A stretch of 64,000 bases of DNA from Anthoceros angustus (Eukaryota; Plantae; Anthocerotophyta): NCBI GenBank assembly GCA_010909165.1, contig VJWM01000287.1, forward strand, positions 62,001 to 126,000. Direction: 5' to 3'. Shown one piece after another: positions 26,301 to 39,193 of this stretch; within the stretch, counting starts at the first letter, position 1; each line of letters opens with the position of its first letter. A program made the translations under genes and the position numbers. The notes under the pieces are model-generated. The model saw only the letters and a program-made list of their open reading frames with translations, did no database searches and was not told the origin of the DNA.

Positions 26301-28546
26301 TGAAAGCTTCGCCATGGCTTCCCCTGCATTTCTTTGGGCTTCACAAAACCCATCATCAACTTTGTGTCGCCGGTTGCTTTCCTCTTGCCTTTGCTCTTTT
26401 TTGTTTTGTCCTGCCGCGACATGCTTACCGCTGTAGCTCACCCGCCACTTGGAAAAAATTTTATCCACATTTTTCCCATACCTTGCCCTCTAGTTTTGAA
26501 ATGCAGTATATGGGTTCCGTTGTCCACCTTGTTCCTTGTCTTGCTCATCTTCTCGGCCTTCTGCCTTCAATCAAACCTAGCACCTTGTATAGATTGAATT
26601 TCCAGTTCATGGTCATGATGACGTGATCTCGCTTAGCTATCGCAACTCATCCCTCGATACGAACCGCTCAATAAAATTCATCTTTTTCCGCTTGTCCGCC
26701 ATCCGTTGTGATCGGTGGCGAATCCTCATCTCGGATGCTTAGGCCACAATACACATGGGCTTCGATCCACTGAAAACGCGCCTTCCCTGGTGAGATACCA
26801 GCCAGATGCTGCATGGTTGCATATGTATGATTCCCTCCCAGTACGCCCATCACATACTTCTTCGCTCTAAACCTTTTCCAATCAAGTTGTCCAATATCTG
26901 CGCACTCTGTTGGGTCAATCATACATAATAGGGGAAGCACTCCTTCTTCAATCCTTCCCTTTGCAATGACACGGGCAAGATAGTTTGCCCAGGCCTCATC
27001 AACTTTCGGATCCGGGCATCGTGGGTCGAATGATGCAGGCCTCAAATTTTCAAGTTTCACCAACGCCGGGGCACCACCTTTTTCGCGTACGTACATTTGT
27101 GAGGTAGTCTTCGTCCATATGCGACGCCCAACCGCCGCCGTCGTAGCCACGTGAAGAGTTTGGATGTCATTGTCGAAAGTCCGACAGTGCTTCCTTTCAC
27201 AAGCCTGTATCACCCGCTTCCACCCTTGGTGCTTTGGTCTTCCTCTCGCCTTTGTGGTTGCCCTCCGCTTTTGGGGTTGGGCGAATCATTCTCGCCAAGT
27301 CCGCCAGAGGGCCGATGCCGGCCCATCATCTTCATTCAACGACATCGTGGAGGCGCCGCCGCGCCTCTCTCGCCGGAACATGGGACGGCGCTGCATGTCG
27401 GCGCCCTCTCTCGCCTGGGCGCGCATGCCGCGCCCGCTCACTGCCCCGAGGATGCCGGCGCCCGCCGCCCGCTGCATGCCGGCGCCCGCTCGCCAGGCGC
27501 ATGCCGGCGCCTCGCCTCGGGTGCCGGCATGCCGGCGCCCTTCTCCGAGGCCTCGCCTCGGGTGCTGCATGCCGCGCCCTCCGCCCGCCCGCTGGGGCGC
27601 TGCATGCCCCGCCTTGGCTCGCCTCGCTCTCGATGGCATGCCGCCCCACCGCCTGACAACCCTTCCCTTAGGCATTCCACCCCTCACGCCCATCTCGCAT
27701 GGACCCATGCTAGTGGCGCCCGCTGCATGCCGTGCCCACCCCTCTTCACCTTCTTCATGGTTGAAGGCGCGATCCCATTTCCTCCTCGGGGGAATAAGGC
27801 CTAAGCAGCCCAACCTCCGCAATGCCTTCACCATCTTCCTGCTCAGATGCCCCAAAATCTGAATGGCCCAAAATATCTGGGACCGGCCCATCTTCTTCAT
27901 CTGATGGCCCAAACGCATTATCGTCTTCATCCTCCACAAATGCCACCTCTCCTTGTGCAAAAGCTTCAAGCCCTTGCCGAGTGTTCCTGTAAGACATTTC
28001 TCGCCTATGGATCTTGATAGATTGCGTTATCGCATCGCACAAGACCCTGTATACAGACCTTCCAACGTCTAGCTCTTTAGCCTGAGTGAAAAACCATTCT
28101 TTCTCTAACAGAACTGTTTCTTCAACCTGATGAGTGTGGCGCCGGATCATCACAGACTCCTCATATGAATAAGGCGAGGGGATTGGGTTCCCAGCAGCCA
28201 CTGCCTTCGACCTAGGGGGTTTAGGAACACCCGCTTTCTCCCCGCCAGCAACAAGGGCCTTGCTGGAGCTCGCCTTTGCAGACCCAATCGACGCTGTTTT
28301 CCCTGGATCCTGCGCGCCACCTGGTAGAACAAGGTTTGGTGGGGAGGGATTGCCTCCCGCAGACGCCGGGGTCGATGCATCTTGTCGCGCACCCTCACCT
28401 GCTGTCAGTTGTTGAATCTTCTTGGGTTTTGCTTTTCTTTGCTTCTTCGGCTTCCCCACATGATCTGGAGCCACAAGGGGCCCTTTGGGCAAGTCTTTCT
28501 TGCTGCGGCGTCCGCTGGCCATGTTGCTGGTGATAAGAGCAGCCAT
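23320..28546 (-). pseudogene. ParB-like domain + beta-class N6-adenine/N4-cytosine DNA methyltransferase (frameshifted as assembled; 3' half tandemly duplicated)
   Basis: Disordered N-terminus (MASGRRSKK...), then ParB-like KVDEAWANYL..PLLCMID..VLGGNHTYATM..VYCGL..ATDHN (26668-27213). Motif-IV-like SMIMDVPRGFNKGKHD (~25665-25710; copy ~24265-24310). Motif X/I YQRPLSLMMKLIKSFSKEGDWILDxFxGSGSTT..IAIEVD (~23765-23905; copy ~25155-25285), reconstructed across 1-nt shifts. Confidence 0.75.
23387..26229. repeat. ~1.42-kb tandem duplication of the methyltransferase-coding region
   Basis: gaggacattgtccagacacgctatcc at ~23389 and ~24803; ggtaacttccttcgccattc at ~24771 and ~26198. Confidence 0.9.
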
Positions 28547-28944
28547 AACACAAGATACATAAGAGCAAGAGCAAGAGCAACCAATAAGAACCACAACAGA
28601 AGATAGAACACCAACCTCGGCGTACAAGATTTCCCCAATTCGGGATGGTGGTAGCCGCTTCAGACGCCGCCGCTGTCCCTCCTTGCCTCGCGACGGACAC
28701 CTGATTGCAGCACCGGAACTCCTCGCGCCCAAAATCCTCAAGCTTGAAGACGGAGGAAACCCGCGTTCTGGAACGCCTGAATTACGCTCACACCGTAATA
28801 GATGAGGGGTGCGGACATGTTCCAGTCGCGGCTTACCCTAAATAGGTGCAGGCATTATGGCATATCCAAGGGAAATAATCCAATTTAAAGGCCCCAATAT
28901 AACACACACCGAGGACCGAGGAAACTACACCCTTTATGAACATT

Positions 28945-30968
28945 GTGATGTGTGCCTTTCCGTATGTCCTTAAAGTTTGTGTGCTCAATCATGTATGCCG
29001 TTTAAGCCTTGCCGCCATCGTCCGCCAATGTCGATGACCTTGTGGTTTTAAGTGATACAATGGGTGTGGCTATAGCCTTGGTCCTAGTCTCGAAAACAAG
29101 CTCTTGTGTCGCGGTTCTTGTGCTCTTCCAAGCACGCTTCGGGAAAGATGTTGCATGCCACCCACAGCAACGATGAATCGGAGGTCACTAGACTATGTGC
29201 ATTTGACGAAATCTTTCCGCTCGGCTATGCCATCACATTGACTCCATCTGCGCAGTAGTCGCGAAGATGGAGATGGCAACGAGGATTTCGAGGCTTCACA
29301 TCCTCGATCTTTGGACAAAACAAGGTGCAAGCGGAGAAGGAAGTCTGACGATCGATCATCGAAGACCATTGTCGACGCCCGCCTCCCACACCCTCCGAGT
29401 AAGCTATTTCGCTTGTATCCGAAGGACTGCTCGATTTAATCGAGCTAGCAATATGTTTAACCATTGTGCATGATCGTCTTGTTTATGTGATCGGCTTTAC
29501 GGGACGCTTATCCTGCCAATGGTTAGGATTAAACACTGTATGCACTCCGTTACGGTGTATCATGTGTCCGTGGTGGAGAAGAACTCATCGACAATCGTAC
29601 CGCAGATGTGTGCCTTACCGTATGTCCTTAAAGTTTGTGTGCTCAATCATGTATGCTGTTTAAGCCTTGCCGCCATCGTTCCCGCCGCCAATGTCGATGA
29701 CCTTGTGGTTTTAAGTGATACAATGGGTGTGGCTATAGCCTTGGTCCTAGTCTCGAAAACAAGCTCTTGTGTCGCGGTTCTTGTGCTCTTCCAAGCACGC
29801 CGGGAAAGATGTTGCATGCCACCCATGAACGATGAATCGGAGGTCACTAGACTATGTGCATTTGACGCAAATCTTTCGGCGCTATGCCATCGTCATTGAC
29901 TCCATTCTGCGTGCATAGTCGCGAAGATGGAGATGGCAACGAGGATTTCGAGGCTTGACATCCTCGATCTTTGGACAAAACAAGGTGCAAGCGGAGAAGG
30001 AAGTCTGACGATCGATCATCGAAGACCATTGTCGACGCCCGCCTCCCATGCCTCCGAGTAAGCTATTTCGCTTGTATCCGAAGGACTGCTCGATTTAATC
30101 GAGCTAGCAATATGTTTAACCATTGTGCATGATCGTCTTGTTTATGTGATCGGCTTTACGGGACGCTTATCCTGCCAATGGTTAGGATTAAACACTGTAT
30201 GCACTCCGTTACGGTGTATCATGTGTCCGTGGTGGAGAAGAACTCATCGACAATCGTACCGCAGATGTGTGCCTTACCGTATGTCCTTAAAGTTTGTGTG
30301 CTCAATCATGTATGCCGTTTAAGCCTTGCCGCCATCGTTACCGCCGCCAATGTCAGATGACCTTGTGGTTTTAAGTGATACAGCGGGGTGTGGCTATAGC
30401 CTTGGTCCTAGTCTCAGAAAACAAGCTCTTGTGTCGCGGTTCTTGTGCTCTTCCAAGCACGCTTCGGGAAAGATGTTGCATGCCACCCACAGCAACGATG
30501 AATCGGAGGTCACTGGACTATGTGCATTTGACGCAAATCTTTCAGTCGCTTTACTGGCTATGCCATCGTCATTGACTCCATTCGTGCAGTGTAGTCGCGA
30601 AGACAGAGATGGCAACGAGGATTTCGAGGCTTCCGACATCCTCAGATCTTTGGACAAAACAAGCAGGCAAACGGGAGAAGGAAGGCTTGCGACGACTGAT
30701 CATCGAAGACCATTGTCAGCACGCCCGCCCCTCCCACAGCCTCTGAGTAAGCTATTTCTGTTTCAGTATCCGGAGGGACTGTTCGATTTACACTGAGCTA
30801 GCAATATGTTTAACCATTGTGCATGATCAGGTCTTGTTTATGTGATCGGCTTTACCTGGGACGTTTATCCTTACAGTCAATGGGTTAGGATTAAACACTC
30901 GTATGCACTGCCTGTATCACGGTGTCCGTGGTGGAGAAGAACTCATCAGCACAATCGTGTACCGCAGT
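28945..30968. repeat. ~660-bp tandem triplication between the two divergent genes
   Basis: gatgtgtgcc..cgtatgtccttaaagtttgtgtgctcaatc at ~28947, ~29605 and ~30264; the third copy has the fewest 1-nt losses. Confidence 0.92.
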
Positions 30969-33900
30969 ATGTGCCACCAACTCCGAGGAACGTCAACCTA
31001 TACTCTGCATTACAGAGAAGTCCTCGGGTTCGACCAGAAGTTTGTGCTACTGAAACGGTATCAAGGAAGCGGGCGGCTCGAGGCTTGTTCCATGTCAATG
31101 ACTTGGGAGAGCATCAGGCACATAGTGTTGCAGCTGCAGTGATGAGTTCTCTGCCCGCGAGAGGGAATGCAACTGCCAGTGCATCCGGCAATGCACAAAA
31201 CGTTCAGCATGGAGAATTCCAAACTCCTATCCAACCGCATGCCAAAGCAACCAGAGTAGTTGATGATGATGCTGAAGTCTTTCAAAATGTCCGACCAACA
31301 ACATATCACCCGAAGCCGTTGTCTGAGACGATGCAGGTAGCCCCTATCGGATCTAGTTTTGAAGCGGCAGCAGTGTGTGTGCCTGGGAAGGCGAATGTGC
31401 ATCTCAGATCGGAAGATTCAAAACCATGTTGCACCAAACTATGCCTCCCATCCTCTCAAAAGAAGCATTTCAAGAGGAGCGTCTACGGTTCCTGGATTTG
31501 GGAAGAGGAGAGCAGGAGAGATACCTAGAGGCACTTGTCCGGCCGGACTTGGAGTCAAGGTCATCGGAAAAGGTTCACACTTATCTCATGCACCGCGCTC
31601 CAGTGAGGTGTTGGTTGAAAGCATTCAGACGCATGTATTGCATAGGTTCTGTAAGGTATGAAGAATTGAAGACCAGAGTCCTCCGCAATGCGCCGTGGGA
31701 TGGGTACAAGTCAAACTCCTGCCAAAAATCATCGCACGCCTTGGTGCACTTGCGTGGATGGACTCGACATTCCTGGAACTGGCAGAGCGGCTTCCCAATG
31801 TTGATGTATACAACTTGCCTGATACTTTCACCAAGCTTGAAGTATGGACACTATACAAACTGTTTGCGTTTCATATCATACGCTTACTTCCTAAGACTAT
31901 GGGAACAGAGCTTTCCGAGGGTGAAAATCCCCAAATCAAATAGGTTCTCCACTTGTTCATTGTGCGCTGGATTGAAGTTTAACATTTGGAACACGGACGT
32001 GCGAATTGAGCAAGGTAAGCCTTCTCCACAATCATTCGTGTTCGTTTTGGGTTTCTTCCAACAGTAGGTGGTGCGGGCATGTCGGCGCCCAACTGTCTGG
32101 GCCGCGGGCTGCCGTCACGCCGGTGTCCACAAAGATATTGTGGGGCGCCGGCACGGCGGCGTCCGGAATAATATTGTGGGGCGAGTACGCGCGTCCACAA
32201 AGATATTGGAGCGCCGCCGGGCGACGGTAGCCCGCGCGGCGCCGACCCCTCGATACCTTTGTGGACGCCGTTCGCGCCCCGCTGGCGAGGAAGCGCCCCG
32301 GGCGGGCCGCCGCCACCGGAGCACGGAACATGTGGGGCTCCGGCATGCCGACGCTGTTGAGGGGCGCCATGCCGCGCCGAGTAAGGTTGGCACGGCAGCC
32401 GGGACCGCACATGTGGGGCTCGGCATGCCGCGCCGTTGTCGATAAGCGCCGCCATCGGCCAGGTTGGCGCGGTGGCGGCCGAGGCGGCCGGCATCACCCG
32501 GCGCCGAATGGCGCTGTCGCGCCACCGCGACCTGTGTGGGCGACCGGCTGCGTGCACGGTGGGCGCGGCGCCACCCGTGATTGGGCGGCGGACGCACCAC
32601 CGTCGACCCCCGGCAGAAGGCGTCGGCAGCCGCCCCGCGGTAGTGGGCGTCGGGCACCTCCGGCAAGCGGGCGCCATCTCCGGCGCCCGCTAGATGGGCG
32701 CCGCGCGGCGCCACCGTATGGGTATGGGTTGGGGCCCTCATCCTGACGCCCGCCCTAGTTGGGCGAGGGCGTGTCCACACTTAACCTGTGTGGAACGTCA
32801 GGTTGTCGACGCCTTCAGTGATGCCGAAATGCCGGCAGCCAGCTCAGTTTACCGAATTAATCCTGTACTTGCAGTGAACGGTGTTTCCGTGTGATGTTGC
32901 AGATGTTTATCAAGCCGCATTAGACTCCCACCGAATTCGACTTATGGAGGAAAGGAAGAAATTGTCAAAGCATCGGTCGAAATGCTATATCGAGCCGCAT
33001 AAATATATCTTATTATCAGTGGATGGAATGGACCAGAAGAAAACCTCTCTCCCCCATATTTTAAGGTGGCCAAAAGACTGAAGGACAGTTCATGTTGTGG
33101 GTTGTATGGTCCACAATTATACTCACAGAGCAAGAGCGTATCTCCACTATGCAAATCTCCGCAATGATGCGAATTTGACTATTGCGATCATACAAGATGT
33201 CATACACACCTACGAGGGGCTTCTCCCTTCAGTATTATATTTGCAACTAGACAACACATGCAGGGAAAATAAGAACCAGCTGCTATTTGCGTATCTCAAC
33301 ATGCTAGTGGAACTACAAGTATTTAAGAAGGTGAAGGTGGGGTTTCTGCTAGTGGGACATACGCATGACCAAGTTGATCAGATGTTCTCTTGTTTTTCAA
33401 AGCATCTCAAGCACAAAGAGGCCCGAACCCTCCGATACCTTTGTGGACGCCGGCGCCCGCGCCCGCCATGAGGGAAGCGGCGCCCCACTGGCGGGCCGCC
33501 GGCCACCGGAGCACGGAACATGGGGCTCCGGCATGCCGCGCCGTTGTCGATAAAGGCGCGCCATGCCGCGCCACCGGAGCACGGAACATGGGGCTCCGGC
33601 ATGCCGCGCCACCGCGAATTGTGTGGGCGATGCAAGTCGGTGTTGCACGGTGGAAGCGGCGCCACCCGTGATTGGGCGGCGGACGCACCACCGCCGACCC
33701 CCTGCAGAAGGCGTCGGCAGCCGCCCCGCGGTAGTGGGCGCAGCACCTCCGGCAGCAGCCAAGGCGCCGCCTCCCGGCGCCCGCTAGATGGGTGCAGGCA
33801 TCTGGCCCCACCTGTATGGGGTATGGGTTGGGGCCCTCATCCACGCCCTAGTTGGGCGGCGTGTCCACACTTAACCCGTGGAACGCCAGTTGTCGACGCC

Positions 33901-35650
33901 TTGATGATGAAAATGCGGCAGCCTTTCGCCATCGAATTAATCCTCACTTGAGGAACGTGTTTAGTGTGATGTTGCGATGTTTACGTCGCATTAGACTCCC
34001 ACGAATTCGACTTATGGAGGAAGGAAGAAATTGTCAAGGAAATGCTATATCGAGCCGCATAAATATATCTTATTATCGGATGGAATGGACCAAGAAAACC
34101 TCTCTCCCCATATTTTAAGGTGGCCAAAAGACGAAGGGCTCATGTTGTGGGTTGTATGGTCCACAATTATACTCACAGAGCAAGGCGTATCTCCACTATG
34201 CAAATCTCCGCAATGATGCGAATTTGACTATTGCGATCATACAAGATGTCATACACACTACGAGGGCTTCCCCTTGATTATATTTGCAACTAGACAACAC
34301 ATGCAGGGAAAATAAGAACCAGCTGCTATTTGCGTATCTCAACATGCTAGTGGAACTACAAGTATTTAAGAAGGTGAAGGTGGGGTTTACGCTAGGGACA
34401 TACGCATGACCAAGTTGATCGATGTTCTCTTGTTTTTCAAAGCATCTCAAGCACAAAGAGGCCCGAACCCTCCCGAGTATGATAGATATATTGAGAGCAG
34501 CATTCACACCAAACCCGAGGTAAAGGTACTCAACGAGTGCGGACTTTCGAACTTATGTGTGGCCTGTGAGGAAAGGTGCAAGAGGGCACCAGTACAAGGC
34601 TGCCGTAAAGCAGCTGAACAACCTCTCATTCCAGCACCAGTTCAAAATTACAAGAGAAGACTGATTTGGACGGGGGAAGGTGACGGTCATACGGAGTAAA
34701 CAATATTCCACTTCTCCGCAATGGGAAAGCGAAGATGGCTTGGAGTTTTTGACTTCAATTCCTGACACGGTCATTGGCCCTGCACCATTAATGGCTCTGC
34801 AAGCCAAAGACAGGAAGGGGAGTGAAGGTGGGCACACTGCGTTGGAGGGCGTTGACCACTTACGCAAAGGCTTACTAAAGCTACCGACATATGTGAATGC
34901 AGAGGAAGGGGAGTGGTGGACTGACTTCTGGAAGGACCAAAGTGAGATCGCAACTATTGTTGACAACAACATTGGACTTGTCTTGCAGAACGAGTGGAAG
35001 TGGTACGACAGGACAGCTGCCGAATTACTAGTCCCCGGCACGTACGGAAGAAGCAAGCGATTACATTCTGACAAGTACCTCGAGAGACATGTATTTGGGA
35101 GGTCACCAGAGTATACAACGACGTCAAGAGGAGGTTGAAAGGATGAATGGGGATATCATGGAGATCGAAGGGCATGTTTCTCGGCTCCTTGAGGGGACAC
35201 TCACAACCGCCATTCGGATTGCAAAGGTTATTAGTGTCCACCTAAATCTTGACCCTTATTTACGTGTGCATTGGTGGAGCGAGCACACGGATGCTTACGA
35301 GGGAAGTATGTGGGAGAATATGTTTGCAGATGACAACAATGCACAACCATCAAAAAGTAAAGTCGGTAAAGTCTCAAGACCTCTTAATATCCAAACGGTC
35401 TTTGTGCGGAAAACCGTTATAAATCTATTATGGCTTCAAGTTGAACTCGAGAAACATCTGTATGCAGCGGATAAGAAAGCAATCGTGGAGAAGTTGGGTG
35501 CCCGCCGTCCCCATCGCAACCACCGCACTCGATGTACAAGATGATAGCGATGATGATGGTGGCGTGGCGTTCCATGTGAGCAATGAAGGTTTAGAGTCAG
35601 GAGGAGTAATCGTGAGGTGCCATTGGTGTGGTGGTGTCGACGGATCATAG
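30350..35650 (+). pseudogene. Sola-like (DUF7869-type) DDD transposase, frameshifted, with core exon duplicated; start approximate
   Basis: CCTKLCL, NLPDTFTK and FPRVKIPK..FSTCSLC precede an intron (gt ~32014 to ag ~32902). Then SVDGMDQKKTSLPH, LYLQLDNTCRENKN and GFLLVGHTHDQVDQMFS supply three candidate catalytic Asp. C-terminal IAKVISVH..YLRVHWW. 32247-33430 is repeated at ~33430-34472. Confidence 0.82.
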
Positions 35651-38039
35651 GTGTTCAAATCTCCATAGGATGGGGCCACCACCGGCGCCCTATGTATGAG
35701 CAGTCTTGAAATTCGCAATGTTCTATTTTTATTGAACCCGTTTGGAAGTACATCTCAAATACCACATTATAGAGTTTCCATAGATGGTTTCCAGTAATTT
35801 AGGGTGTTAGATAGCAAGCATGCTTTGGTGGGACATTCTTAGTGGGTGTTTTATTTGCTCATGCTCGTGCACTAGGCTTAGGCGCCGGCATGTCGGCCCC
35901 ATCGTAGCCCCGCATGCCATTCCAATCAAGGTTTATAATTACACATGATCTAAAGAACCCTAGCCGGGATTTCCGCTTGCGACAAAGGACGAGGTTCGCG
36001 ATGGAAGGATGGATGCGTCTATCCGTTTATTTTGAAATTTAGAGTATTTGATCTTCATTCACCGCAAGCATGGAGTGCGATATGGGTATTGTTTATAGGG
36101 AAAGCGGTGGGCCGTAAGTCTATGACCATACCTGAAACCTATGTACACAAAGCTATGGTCTTACACCCGAGATGCAGACCCTAATTTTGCACCCTTTTTC
36201 ATGACCGATTGGTCCAACCGCCATTTGAGACACCATAAATAAGCCGCTTCCCAGTATATGTACCCTCAAAGCCGCTTCCTGTATATTGAGCCCCTTCAAA
36301 TATTATGGTGTTTACAACACAAAAAACCAAACAGGACATGATTAGCCCAATCTGTGCTGCATCACGTTACCATCACCATGTCCATCAATCAATGTGAATC
36401 GGCGTGCATAAGCCGCTTGTTTCCTTCTCGCAATGACAACCTTCTGTGCCCTCATGAGCCCATCGGGCAGAGAGTGACGGGATCCATACAAGTTGGCAAG
36501 CTGCAAAAAAAAAAGTCCAATCAACCCGATCAGCACGAGTCCACTTCCACCACATCTGTGAGGATGGTCACTCCCCAACAAAAAGACAAAACCCCGTACC
36601 TTGCTCTACGTCACGGAGTGCCACTCTGGCTCCTCCCAATTCACCACAAGAGGGGCGACCGTATGTTCAACGCATGTTCAATACCCGCGCCGAAGGTGGT
36701 GAACGTCACTGCCGCATTGTCACACACTGTCACTGCGGGCCACTACCGTGCGGAAAGATGGGAAGCACGAGGGCTGCGAGGGGTCGAACTCGACATGTGG
36801 CGAGGCAAAGGAAGCCCGCCATCTCCACCTCGGCGGATCCAGATTCAGCCTGACCAAAGTCCGCAAGGGACATGTCCCTCCCGTGGAGTCAGGTCAACCC
36901 TAAGCCGCCGTCTTCCAACACCTCCACCGCCTCCCACACCGCGCCATCCCACCTCCTCCCACACCTTCATCCTCCCACCTCCTCCCACCTAAACCCTCCT
37001 ACCTCCTCCCACATCACCGCCCTCCCACATCGCCGCAAAGCATGCCTCCCACACCGCCGCAAAACCATGCCTCCCACCATCACTACCAACCCCCGCCATT
37101 CTCCAACACCACCATCAACTTCCCCATTCTCACACGTGCATTCCCCCATCTACGTAAAGTCGCGGCCTCGTCTGGGGCCGAGACGCGCCCAGTTGGTTTT
37201 TTTTCGGGGCCAAAAGGGTAAAACGAAGAGAGAGAATTTTTCGATTGGTAAAATTTTTTTACTGAATAAGGTGGAAATTGTGACAATAGAGTAGAAAGCA
37301 TAGATTGATGGATGGAAACATTTTACCATCCAAGTCAAAACTAGAACAGGAGGGTAAAGAATGATCAACCAAGTGAATATAGAGTAAAAAACGTAGACTG
37401 ATGAATGGAAATATTTTACCATCCAAATCAAAACTAGAACAAGAGGGTAAAGAATGATCAGCCAAGTGAATAGCAAGTGAAGCCTGAAATACCATGGTAG
37501 ATTGTAATCTACAGGGTGGCCTAGTAATTCCAACACAATCGCTAATGGCAAGAAACATCTTCATATACCATTCATGCGATCCGTGATATACAAAACCAAC
37601 AAAGAAATATCATCTTTGCAAAGTTTCCTGATATCCGTAATTGCATGAATTCAAAATATAAAATAGAGAAAATACGAATAGTTGCTCACTCTGGTAGTTG
37701 CGCATATCAACTTTGTAATTCTTCGAAAGTCGCTCGATCTGCGAGGCAACACAAGGAGGGTATTACAACACAAACAAGGTATCATACAGAGAGTATTACA
37801 ACACAACAAAGCATCAATCAAAACATGGACAAACGTCTGCATAAAACGCCTAATCCAAGAGAATGAGAAGTCCACGACACGGTTGTGCAATTCCTCCCGC
37901 CACGCATCTCAAACGATTCATGCAAAATATGCACACCTATTCGTAAAACACCGAATCGTTAGAAGCAAACAACAAGAATGTATTGCAAAATGCACACAAG
38001 AAGCTAGGAATCGAACACAAACCTTTTCTCGGGCGCCTC

Positions 38040-39193
38040 GCCCAAAAGAACATTGATGGTCACCGTGGCAAGAATTGCCTCTCATCATCATCGACATCGC
38101 CACCACCTTCGCACGATACTATACCAAGGTCTTTATCGATTTTCATGGAAGCAACAAGTGCACCGACAACCATTGAACACGCCGTGAAACATATTGATCA
38201 CAGCACATCGACCAAGACGGCTTTGCTCCAACACACTTCCTTATCAAAATGCGATTGAACCCTCGAAAGAAGGACATCAACCGCACCAATATACGAAATC
38301 AGACATAAAATGAAAAGAAACACAACGGAATAATGAAAGGGATGAAGACTTACGCTTCGTGAGAGAATCTTGAGTTGTCTTTTAAGTTCCGAACTTGGTG
38401 GAAAACGTATCAATATAAGGTTCAAGTCCTTGTGAGGAATGTCCTCTATTGCACTATCCCAACCCCTCACACCACTCACTTTCATGAAAGACTTAAGACG
38501 ACTCGACCAATTATTTTGGCGTTTGGACTTGTCCTCACCACCACTCATTGCATCATTCACGGCTCCCTCAGAATCGAGGGTCAAACCCTTGGTCCCTAAA
38601 ATGGGCCTCATCTTCAATTTCTTCCATGCCCATAGCAAAATCATCCTCGGATCAGACCTCATTCTCTCAAACATATCAATACACTCGGTCGTGATAACTT
38701 CGTGGAGCGACAGGAATGGAAAACTCACCAGCCGAAAGGAATTCAGACTTATCTTGCGCACGGAGCAGCCACACGCCCATTTCGAGATCAGAGGCATGCT
38801 GCAGCAAAGGACCATGGAATCGAGTAATCGATGGACATTCTCACCAACAAACTTAACCCCTCTCGAAACAGTGACAATAGTTAGTAATCTCGACAAGGGA
38901 CCCTCCACCAAGGGCACAGGTGGTGTCAACCCTTCTTCTCTTCCGAGCAAATTCAAGAAGACGCATCCTCCTTGGATGAAAAGTGCCTTGGCGGTTTGGG
39001 AATGGACTTTTCGCACCAAATATGTCCTCACTATGCACAAGGACACATCAACTTTACCATCATCCCGCAGAGGGTGGGTTGCGCAGAACGATGGCTGTTT
39101 TAACACGTTGTCGAGTGTACGGCTTGGACATGACTTGAGACAAAGGTGCTTCTTGCCCGGTCCAACAGCCCAGGGTTTTCTTTTAAGAGCCAT
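38040..39193 (-). CDS. Orphan protein of element A (exon MALKRKPW...LKILS plus a short downstream exon); unknown function
   Basis: Open frame of about 280 aa inside ORF 38198-39268. Homologous to the frameshifted + strand copy at 56282-57420 (TAKAL.IQ.GC, VEGPL.RLLT, EGAVNDA.SGG, FMKVSG). Confidence 0.6.

Larger units (their letters stand above)
22985..36312. mobile_element. 13.3-kb Sola-like TIR DNA transposon carrying a ParB-like/DNA amino-methyltransferase gene
   Basis: Left TIR AACATGATAATATTTGAAGGGGCTCAATGTACA (22985-23017). Reverse complement of 36280-36312 is AACACCATAATATTTGAAGGGGCTCAATATACA (30/33 identical). TACA lies directly outside both ends (22981-22984, 36313-36316). Contains a transposase (+) and a divergent cargo gene (-). 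Confidence 0.88.

Noticed and set aside
23320-28546. Bacterial contamination or prophage as the source of the ParB-MTase
   Set aside because: The gene has an apparent spliceosomal intron, lies between TIRs with an intron-containing transposase and is contiguous with plant genes.
31979-33951. Many overlapping long Arg/Gly/Ala/Pro-rich ORFs (also 27151-27862 + and 63033-63839)
   Set aside because: These are stop-poor GC-rich low-complexity frames or antisense shadows with no domain motifs.
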